Origin: Methylococcus capsulatus
GTDB lineage: Bacteria; Pseudomonadota; Gammaproteobacteria; Methylococcales; Methylococcaceae
Length of the DNA: 24,000 nt
Direction of reading: 5' to 3'
Assembly (NCBI RefSeq): GCF_036864975.1
Contig: NZ_CP104311.1
Location: 2,273,513 to 2,297,512 of the forward strand
The notes under the pieces were generated by a model. It was given only the letters and a program-made list of their open reading frames with translations, made no database searches and was not told where the DNA came from. A program made the translations under genes and the position numbers. Below, one piece after another: positions 8,593-14,864 of this stretch; within the stretch, counting starts at the first letter, position 1, and the number at the start of each line of letters is the position of its first letter.

Positions 8593-10055
8593 TTGCGGTT
8601 TATCTCCTGCTTCTGGTCCCGCTCGCCGGCATGGCGCTGTTGAGCTTCCACGGACACCGTGCCGATGCCGGGCGGCTCAACGTCCGCTTCAATGCCTTGG
8701 CGTTGGCCGCCTCCGTGTGGCTGGCCATCGACGTGCTGATCAACGGTCCTGAACTCTCGGCGGGGCGGCTGCTGTACATCGATTCCTACAACGTCTACCT
8801 GGTGGCCCTGACCGCCTTCGTCGGCCTGACCACCTCGATGTTCTCCGGCCCTTACATGGCACACGAACAGGAGATCGGCCGGGTCACGGCGCGCCGGCTG
8901 CGTCTCTACTACGCCATGTACCAGGGTTTCATGCTGGCGATGTATCTGGTGCTCACGACCAACAACATGGGGGTCATGTGGGTGGCCATGGAGGGGGCGA
9001 CGCTCGCTACTGTGCTGCTGGTGAGCCTTTACCGCACCCCCGAATCGGTGGAAGCCGCCTGGAAGTATTTCATCCTGTGCGGCGTGGGTATCGCCCAGGC
9101 TCTGTTCGGCACCGTGCTGTTGTACTTCGCCGCCGAACAAAAATTGGGCGTGGGCGGCGAGGCGCTGTTGTGGACGGTGCTGCACGACAACGCCCACGCC
9201 CTCGATCCCGCCATCTTGAGCCTGGCTTTCGTATTTCTGCTGGTGGGCTACGGTACCAAGATCGGTCTGGTGCCCCTGCATCAATGGCTGCCCGACGCCC
9301 ACTCGGAAGGCCCCACCCCGATGTCCGCGATCCTCTCGGGGCTTTTGCTCAACGACGCGCTCTATGCGGTGGTACGCTGCAAGATGCTGGTGGATGGCTC
9401 GCTCGGAACCCATCTGGCTGGCAACCTGATGATGGGCTTCGGACTGCTGTCCTTCCTGGTCGCGGCCTTGTTCCTGCACCGCCAGACCGATATCAAACGG
9501 CTGTTCAGCTATTCCTCCATCGAACACATGGGGTTGATGACCTTCGCCTTCGGTGTGGGCAGTCCCTGGGCCACCTTCGCCGCGTTGTTCCACATGACCA
9601 CCCACTCCCTGACCAAGTCGGCCATCTTCGTCACCGTGGGGCATGCCGCTCAGTTGGCCGGCACCCAGCGCATGGACAAGATCCGCGGGCTCATCCTGAC
9701 CCAGCCCACTATAGGCTGGGGCCTACTGATCGGCACGGTGGCCATCGCCGGATTCCCGCCCTTCGGGGTGTTCGCCAGCGAGTTCCTGGTTTTGGTCGCC
9801 ACGATGGATGATTTCCCCTGGCTGACCCCCCTCTTGCTGCTGGGGATAGGACTGGCCTTCGCCGGGCTGTTCCGCCATATCCAGCCCATGGTGTACGGCG
9901 ACGTGCCGGAAGGGCAAAAAGCCATCACTGCCAATCTGTGGCCGGTCTTCATGCACCTCGCCCTGGTGCTGTGGCTGGGCCTGGCCATCCCCGGTTTTCT
10001 GGGAAATTGGTTCAGCCAGGCGACGCAACTGATTGCCGGGAGTTTGCCGCAATGA
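8589..10055 (+). CDS. HyfF-like (NuoN/NuoM-type) antiporter-like membrane subunit
   Basis: ATG 8589 overlaps the upstream stop (ATGA). Antiporter family blocks are present (WVAMEGATLATVLLV, GTKIGLVPLHQWLPDAHSEGPTPMSAILSG, LFSYSSIEHMG). Confidence 0.9.
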   Translation: MIAVYLLLLVPLAGMALLSFHGHRADAGRLNVRFNALALAASVWLAIDVLINGPELSAGRLLYIDSYNVYLVALTAFVGLTTSMFSGPYMAHEQEIGRVTARRLRLYYAMYQGFMLAMYLVLTTNNMGVMWVAMEGATLATVLLVSLYRTPESVEAAWKYFILCGVGIAQALFGTVLLYFAAEQKLGVGGEALLWTVLHDNAHALDPAILSLAFVFLLVGYGTKIGLVPLHQWLPDAHSEGPTPMSAILSGLLLNDALYAVVRCKMLVDGSLGTHLAGNLMMGFGLLSFLVAALFLHRQTDIKRLFSYSSIEHMGLMTFAFGVGSPWATFAALFHMTTHSLTKSAIFVTVGHAAQLAGTQRMDKIRGLILTQPTIGWGLLIGTVAIAGFPPFGVFASEFLVLVATMDDFPWLTPLLLLGIGLAFAGLFRHIQPMVYGDVPEGQKAITANLWPVFMHLALVLWLGLAIPGFLGNWFSQATQLIAGSLPQ

Positions 10056-11635
10056 GCGTTGACAGCTTGACTTCACTGCGGTTGAAGCTGGCGGCCCAGG
10101 ACATCGACAACGTTTCGTCGGTCCATCGTTTCCTGTCGCCCGCAATGGTGTTGCAGCTCGACGCCCGAGATTGGGGCAAAGCTGCCGAAATCACCAAGTC
10201 CGAACATTGGCGCTGGGCCGGCATCTGGGCCGAGGACCGAGGCGCCGAGCTGGTCGTCAATGCCTGTTTGGAACACCAGGGAAGTTATCTGATCCTGCGG
10301 ACCCTCCTGACGCCGGAGCGGGCGATCCTGCCGTCGCAGGCCCCGCACTACTGGGCCGCGGATCGGCCGGAACGCCACATCCGCGACCTGTTCGGCATCC
10401 ATTTCGAGGGCCATCCCGACCCGCGCCGCTGGATCCGACATCAGGCTTGGGACGAAAACGTATTCCCGCTGCGCAAACACTTCGCGGCGGCCGGCACCCC
10501 TCCCGGCGAGACCCCGCCAGACCGGGACTACCCTTTTCTGAAGGCGGAAGGCGCCAGCGTCTACGAAATCCCGGTGGGGCCGGTTCATGCCGGCATCATC
10601 GAACCGGGCCATTTCCGCTTTCAAGCCGTGGGTGAAACGGTCCTGCATCTGGAGGAAAGGCTGGGCTACGTGCACAAGGGCATCGAGAAGCTCGCCGAGG
10701 GCCGTGACCCGGCCGGCCTGGCGCGGCTGGCCGGGCGGGTGTCCGGCGACACCACGGTGGGCCACACCTGGGCCGCCTGCATGGCCATGGAACGCGCCGC
10801 CGGAATCGAAATCCCCTTGCGCGCGGCGTATCTGCGCGGATTGCTGGCGGAACGGGAACGGGTCATCAATCATCTGTGGGATTTGGGTGCTTTGTGCAAT
10901 GACGTGGGCTTCGCCTTCGGCCATTACCAGTTCGGCCGTTTGCGGGAACAGTGGCTGCGGGAAAATCAGCTCCATTTTGGCCATCGCCTGCTCATGGACC
11001 GGATCGTGCCGGGCGGGGTCGCCGTCGACCTCGGCCCCGACGCAGCGGGGACCATGGGTCGGTCCATAGCGGCCTTGCGGGGCGAACTCGACGAGCTGTT
11101 GACGATCCTCGATTCCAATTCATCCCTGGAAGACCGCTTTCTCGGCGCCGGCGTTCTCTCCACCGAGCTGGCGGCGGCCCTGGGTGCGCTGGGTTTCGTG
11201 GGCCGGTCCAGCGGCCAGACCTTCGACGTGCGCCGCGATGCGCCTTACGCCCCTTATGACCGGTTGACGTTCAACGTGCCGACGGAGAGTCAGGGAGACG
11301 TGGCTTCGCGGTTCTGGGTACGCTACAAGGAATTGCGGGTCGGCCTCCGCCTGCTCGAGGCATTGCTCGAAGGCCTGCCCGAAGGCATGGTGGCAGTACC
11401 CTGGCAGATTCCCCCCGAGGGCGCGGAAGGCTTCGCGGCGGTCGAGGGCTGGCGTGGCGAAATCCTCTGCTACGTGCGCTTCGGCGCGGGCAACGCGATC
11501 GCCCGCTACTGGCCGCGCGATCCCAGTATCGTCAACTGGCCGGCGCTGGAGAAACTGGTGCTCGGCAACATCGTGCCCGACTTCCCGGTGTGCAACAAAT
11601 CGGTGAACGGCTCCTATTCCGGCCACGACCTTTGA
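10052..11635 (+). CDS. Group-4-hydrogenase 'large subunit' homologue (NuoC-NuoD-like fusion) lacking NiFe cysteine ligands
   Basis: ATG 10052 overlaps the upstream stop (ATGA). N-terminal NuoC-like domain (RPERHIRDLFGIHFEGHPDPRRW). NuoD/HycE-like domain (IPVGPVHAGIIEPGHFRF...LGYVHKGIEKLAE). The usual RxCGxCxxxH position reads RVSGDTTVGH. The C-terminus reads DFPVCNKSVNGSYSGHDL-stop instead of DPCxxCxxH/R. Confidence 0.9.
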   Translation: MSVDSLTSLRLKLAAQDIDNVSSVHRFLSPAMVLQLDARDWGKAAEITKSEHWRWAGIWAEDRGAELVVNACLEHQGSYLILRTLLTPERAILPSQAPHYWAADRPERHIRDLFGIHFEGHPDPRRWIRHQAWDENVFPLRKHFAAAGTPPGETPPDRDYPFLKAEGASVYEIPVGPVHAGIIEPGHFRFQAVGETVLHLEERLGYVHKGIEKLAEGRDPAGLARLAGRVSGDTTVGHTWAACMAMERAAGIEIPLRAAYLRGLLAERERVINHLWDLGALCNDVGFAFGHYQFGRLREQWLRENQLHFGHRLLMDRIVPGGVAVDLGPDAAGTMGRSIAALRGELDELLTILDSNSSLEDRFLGAGVLSTELAAALGALGFVGRSSGQTFDVRRDAPYAPYDRLTFNVPTESQGDVASRFWVRYKELRVGLRLLEALLEGLPEGMVAVPWQIPPEGAEGFAAVEGWRGEILCYVRFGAGNAIARYWPRDPSIVNWPALEKLVLGNIVPDFPVCNKSVNGSYSGHDL

Positions 11636-11647
11636 CGAGGGCTTTTT

Positions 11648-12187
11648 ATGCTGCGACTGTACAGCAAGATCTTCAAAACCGGCGTTCTCACCGAGAAAGT
11701 GCCCAAGCCGCCCAGTCCCGGGATCGGCGTTGCCGAGCGAGAGGAGGCGATCGAGCAAGTCGGCCGGGCGCTCAAGGGGATCGTCGACAAACGGTTTCGC
11801 GGCAGTCTCGCCATCCGTCAGGTGGATGCCGGCTCCTGCAACGGCTGCGAGCTGGAGATCCATGCGCTCAACAACGTCTATTACGACGTCGAACGCTTCG
11901 GGGTGCATTTCGTGGCATCGCCGCGCCATGCCGACGTGCTGCTGGTGACGGGGCCGGTTTCCCGCCACATGGAAGCCGCCCTGAAGCGCACCTACGAAGC
12001 CACGCCCGACCCCAAATGGGTGATCGCCGTGGGCGATTGCGGCGCCTGCGGCGGCGAGTTCGGCGTGTCTTACGCCAGCTGCGGCGCAGTGAGCAACGTG
12101 ATCCCCGTCGATCTCGCCATCCCGGGCTGCCCGCCGTCCCCCCTCGCACTGTTGCAGGGCCTGCTGTCGCTGTGCGGGAGGCAGTAA
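11648..12187 (+). CDS. HycG/HyfI-like (NuoB-type) small subunit with [4Fe-4S] cysteines retained
   Basis: GAGGG RBS before ATG 11648. NuoB/HycG signatures are present: VDAGSCNGCELEI, ASPRHADVLLVTGPVS, GDCGACGG, IPGCPPSP. All four cluster Cys positions are therefore present. Confidence 0.9.
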   Translation: MLRLYSKIFKTGVLTEKVPKPPSPGIGVAEREEAIEQVGRALKGIVDKRFRGSLAIRQVDAGSCNGCELEIHALNNVYYDVERFGVHFVASPRHADVLLVTGPVSRHMEAALKRTYEATPDPKWVIAVGDCGACGGEFGVSYASCGAVSNVIPVDLAIPGCPPSPLALLQGLLSLCGRQ

Positions 12188-12315
12188 GGTTCCGTGATTG
12201 TGGCCATTCCGGGGCACGGCAGGTGCGATTTGATCTTCGGAAAAGACCGGGGATTGTTCGATCGCTGCGAGTCCGCCTCTGTCTGGGCTGGGGCAATGCC
12301 GATCGGGAAGAGCGG

Positions 12316-14163
12316 CTAAGTTCGGCTCTGCGCCGCTGCGCGTTCGCGGAAGACCTGGATGCGCCCATCGAAGCCCTCCAGCCAGGCCAACTGCGCTTCA
12401 AGCCGCCGGATCCGGGAGCCAGCCTGGTCCGAGGCCCGGGAGCGTTCCGCGGCACCCCGAGTCAATGCCTGTTCCAAGCCATCCGCCACGCCCTCCAGAC
12501 GCTGGCGTAGGCGGGCCGACAGCTCCTCCCTCGTTTCTTCCAGGCGTCGCCGGATGCCGCTGCGGATGCGTCCGGTCAGCATTTCCATTGTCTCGGTCAA
12601 CTGGCGCCTGCGTCGCCGGACGATACCGTGCCGGGCCCAGCGCTCGGCCAGGGATTTGAGCTTTCGGAAGCGCGGCGCGACCAGTTCCGGCGCCCGCTTC
12701 AAGACCTGCTCCGTGAGCAGCTCCAGCCCCATGGGTTCGTCCGTGGGACGGACCCCGGCGCGGGTTCGTTCCGGCCAGCTCGTCTGCAAAGCAGCGGTCG
12801 GCACGGCAAGCTGGAACAGACCGCCGGCAAAGCGCTGGAGGTCGGTGACCATTTCGTCGATTTCGAGGTCGAAGGTTCGGACAATCTCCGCGGCCGCCGC
12901 ATCGGCTTGGCGCTCCAATACCTCCCGCCAGTCGGCGAAGGATTCTGCGACCTCTTCCCGGATGAAGGTTTCCAGGCACTCGTCGAAATCTTTCGGAGGC
13001 TGGAGGTCGTGGTCGAGGACCAGAGCATCGAATCTCCGGGCCAGGTGCGAACGTAGCTCTTCGAACCGGCGTTCGGGGTCACGCGCGAAAATCCCGTCGG
13101 CCAGCAGATGGAATTCCTGCCGCAGACGTCCGTCGAGCCGCCGCAGTTCACGCTCCGCCTGAAACCGGCGGGCAGCAAACCGGGCGATCTTTTCGTCCAA
13201 CTCTGCTATCGGGAGGGTCAGGGAACTTCGCTCCAGCCGGGTTTCCAGGCGCAACCGACCGGTTAGGCGCGCGAGGCCGGAAGCCGCGGCATCGAGCAGC
13301 AGCGCACCTTTTTCCTCCAGTAAAAAGCGTTCGAGCGCCGCAGTGAAGACCGGCAGGCGGCTCGCGTCGAGCCGTGCCGGATCGTTGCCGGCTTTTCCCA
13401 TCAGCGCATCCCGGGCGGAAATGGGGAAGAGGCGGACCTCCGTACCCACTGCCTGGGTCAGGACACGGCGGGAGAAGTGCTCGATCGCGGCGATGTCGGC
13501 TTCCTGCAGGATGTCGATCTTATTCAACAGAAAAAAGATACGGCCGGCGTACTTCCGGACCTCATTGAGGAATTCCAGTTCGGCCTGGCTCACCGCCTGA
13601 TCGGCGGAGAGGACGAACAGAGCCGCATCGCAATGCGGCAGCCGGGCATAGGCGGTGTCGGTGTTGTGACGGAAAACCGAGCCGACCCCTGGGGTGTCGA
13701 CGATGCGCACGCCGTTCCTCAGGAGGGGCGAGGGCATCTGGATCAGCACCTCCCGCACGCCCTTCGCGTTGCCCGGATTACCCGGCTCGGTGATGTAATC
13801 CGCGAGCGTCTCCGGGTGGATGTCGAAGGGGCGGCCTTCCAGCGGCTGGACGGTGATCCGGTGCGTCTCGCCGTATATGAGGATGGTCACCACCGAGGTC
13901 AGCGGCACTGCCGCCGTGGGCAGCAGGTTTTCACCCAGTAGTGCGTTGATCAGGCTGGTCTTGCCGCGCTTGAACTGTCCCACCGTCAGGACGTCGAAAT
14001 ACCCCTCCTGCACCTTGTCACGAAGGGCGAGGGCGGGGCGCACAGCCGCAGGAAGGTTCTCGGCCAGCTCGTCGATCCGGTCCAAGAGCTCGGATTTGAG
14101 ATCCGCGTAGCCGGCGGCTTGCGGCGCGTCACCGGCGACACCGGAACGGGGAATGGCGTTCAT
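12316..14163 (-). CDS. Dynamin-family large GTPase (bacterial dynamin-like protein)
   Basis: G1 GQFKRGKTSLINALLG, G3 VRIVDTPGVGS, G4 FFLLNKIDIL, followed by about 350 aa of R/E/L-rich helical stalk. I place the start at ATG 14163, which overlaps the DUF4242 stop (ATGA). The 14313 track start would run 150 nt into the upstream gene. Confidence 0.85.
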   Translation of the reverse strand: MNAIPRSGVAGDAPQAAGYADLKSELLDRIDELAENLPAAVRPALALRDKVQEGYFDVLTVGQFKRGKTSLINALLGENLLPTAAVPLTSVVTILIYGETHRITVQPLEGRPFDIHPETLADYITEPGNPGNAKGVREVLIQMPSPLLRNGVRIVDTPGVGSVFRHNTDTAYARLPHCDAALFVLSADQAVSQAELEFLNEVRKYAGRIFFLLNKIDILQEADIAAIEHFSRRVLTQAVGTEVRLFPISARDALMGKAGNDPARLDASRLPVFTAALERFLLEEKGALLLDAAASGLARLTGRLRLETRLERSSLTLPIAELDEKIARFAARRFQAERELRRLDGRLRQEFHLLADGIFARDPERRFEELRSHLARRFDALVLDHDLQPPKDFDECLETFIREEVAESFADWREVLERQADAAAAEIVRTFDLEIDEMVTDLQRFAGGLFQLAVPTAALQTSWPERTRAGVRPTDEPMGLELLTEQVLKRAPELVAPRFRKLKSLAERWARHGIVRRRRRQLTETMEMLTGRIRSGIRRRLEETREELSARLRQRLEGVADGLEQALTRGAAERSRASDQAGSRIRRLEAQLAWLEGFDGRIQVFRERAAAQSRT

Positions 14164-14432
14164 TCTGCCGTGGTGGGATCGATGACGGTACGGACTTCGT
14201 TGATCGCGTCGGCGGGAAAGCCGCCTTCCATCGCATGCTGCCTCAACGTGGCGGCGTCCGGGGCGATGTAGATGCAGTACACCTTGTCGTCGGTGACATA
14301 GCTTTCGAGCCATTGAACCTGCGGTCCCATGGCGTTGAGGATGGAACAGGATTTCCGGGAAATCCGCTGCAACTCATCACGTGAAAGGTTTCCAGCGCCG
14401 GGAATCGTACGCTCTATGACATATTTGGGCAT
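14160..14432 (-). CDS. DUF4242 (SCO4226-like) small ferredoxin-fold protein
   Basis: The 90-aa sequence MPKYVIERTIPGAGNLSRDELQRISRKSCSILNAMGPQVQWLESYVTDDKVYCIYIAPD...GFPADAINEVRTVIDP matches my memory of the DUF4242 family pattern. A perfect AGGAGG lies 6 nt before ATG 14432. Confidence 0.75.
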   Translation of the reverse strand: MPKYVIERTIPGAGNLSRDELQRISRKSCSILNAMGPQVQWLESYVTDDKVYCIYIAPDAATLRQHAMEGGFPADAINEVRTVIDPTTAE

Positions 14433-14461
14433 GGTTATCCTCCTGACGGCTCTGATACATG

Positions 14462-14490
14462 AATAAAGCGGGCTGTATCGTGCTTGTCGA
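14462..14490 (-). promoter_or_regulatory. Candidate sigma-70 promoter for the DUF4242-dynamin pair
   Basis: The minus strand reads TCGACA-N17-TTTATT (-35 at 14490-14485, -10 at 14467-14462), about 30 nt upstream of the RBS. Sequence match only. Confidence 0.3.
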
Positions 14491-14610
14491 GTAAAGTATT
14501 TCTGCGTTGCCTGATTTTCTCATGGTTCGTAATTCGATTGAATGCGGCGAAATGTCTCAGGGTTCGGTAACGAATTGACGGCCTTTCTGCCGACTTGAGT
14601 CGTACCATTA

Positions 14611-14657
14611 TGTCCGATGACTGTATGAAAATCGGACAGGTGTCGTGATTTCGGACA
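14611..14657 (+). promoter_or_regulatory. Inverted repeat TGTCCGAT-N12-ATCGGACA plus an adjacent half-site copy; candidate enhancer (UAS) for the sigma-54 activator of mmoX
   Basis: Perfect 8-bp arms at 14611-14618 and 14631-14638. A third TCGGACA lies at 14651-14657 and a fourth TGTCCGA at 14730-14736. The palindrome is centred about 120 bp upstream of the -24 element. Confidence 0.45.
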
Positions 14658-14745
14658 GATCGTCCTTTCATGGCGGCAGGGTCTGACCAATCCCATATTC
14701 GCTCCAAGGTCTTGATATATAGGTATGTGTGTCCGAAATAAAAAT

Positions 14746-14762
14746 TTGGCACGATCCCTGTA
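14746..14762 (+). promoter_or_regulatory. sigma-54 (-24/-12) promoter of the mmo operon
   Basis: TTGGCACGatccCTGTA. The -24 half (TGGCACG, 14747-14753) is a perfect match. The -12 half reads CTGT rather than TTGC. It sits about 100 nt upstream of the mmoX ATG. sMMO expression is known to depend on sigma-54 and MmoR. Confidence 0.65.
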
Positions 14763-14773
14763 ACGAGATAGTC

Positions 14774-14793
14774 ACAACCTCGTTGGAGGTTGT
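14774..14793 (+). other. Perfect 8-bp stem / 4-nt loop hairpin at the predicted 5' end of the mmoX mRNA
   Basis: ACAACCTC-gttg-GAGGTTGT (14774-14781 / 14786-14793). It begins about 12-14 nt after the -12 element, at or next to the expected transcription start. Confidence 0.5.
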
Positions 14794-14864
14794 ATGTCCG
14801 GTGTCCACTGACGTCATCGGGCATTCCGACTCAAAGAAAGAATGTGTTACGGAGGAAACGAGTA

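Noticed and set aside
4066-12217. Other long antisense or out-of-frame ORFs over the sulP/Ehr genes (e.g. 4066-4908, 5490-6815, 6926-7891, 8442-9644, 10073-10984 and 11120-12217 on the minus strand; 4733-6226 and 8978-9811 on the + strand)
   Set aside because: All overlap genes with clear family signatures. Their translations are Arg/Gly/Pro/His-rich, with no motifs, no RBS context and the wrong codon-position GC pattern. The same applies to 16536-17414, 19362-19970 and 21130-22035 in the mmo genes and to 12359-13162 in the dynamin gene.
12188-12315. Bidirectional terminator between the convergent Ehr small-subunit and dynamin genes; likewise the 22207-22238 gap between mmoG and the mmoQ-like gene
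   Set aside because: I found only weak pairings based on short self-complementary motifs (CGATCG) and no stem followed by a T-tract. Termination here may be Rho-dependent or lie inside the opposing gene.
12194-12319. 41-codon GTG-initiated ORF (VIVAIPGHGRCDLIFGKDRG...) right after the small-subunit gene
   Set aside because: Short, with no recognisable motif and only moderate GC3. Its 3' end overlaps the dynamin stop (12316-12318). There is not enough evidence to call a gene.
12316-14163. Dynamin gene as an Eleos/LeoABC-type antiphage system
   Set aside because: Only one dynamin-like gene is present, with no LeoB/LeoC-like partners and no other defence genes or mobile-element context nearby.
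14809-14816. TGACGTCA palindrome in the mmoX leader as a regulator site
   Set aside because: It is a single 8-bp palindrome downstream of the promoter and too short to be significant alone. It is mentioned only in the context of the mini-ORF stop.
14435-14824. 129-aa minus-strand ORF filling the mmoX upstream region
   Set aside because: It lies in the AT-richer regulatory region and runs through the sigma-54 promoter and the repeat elements. It would abut or overlap the DUF4242 start. It has atypical composition and no recognisable domain.
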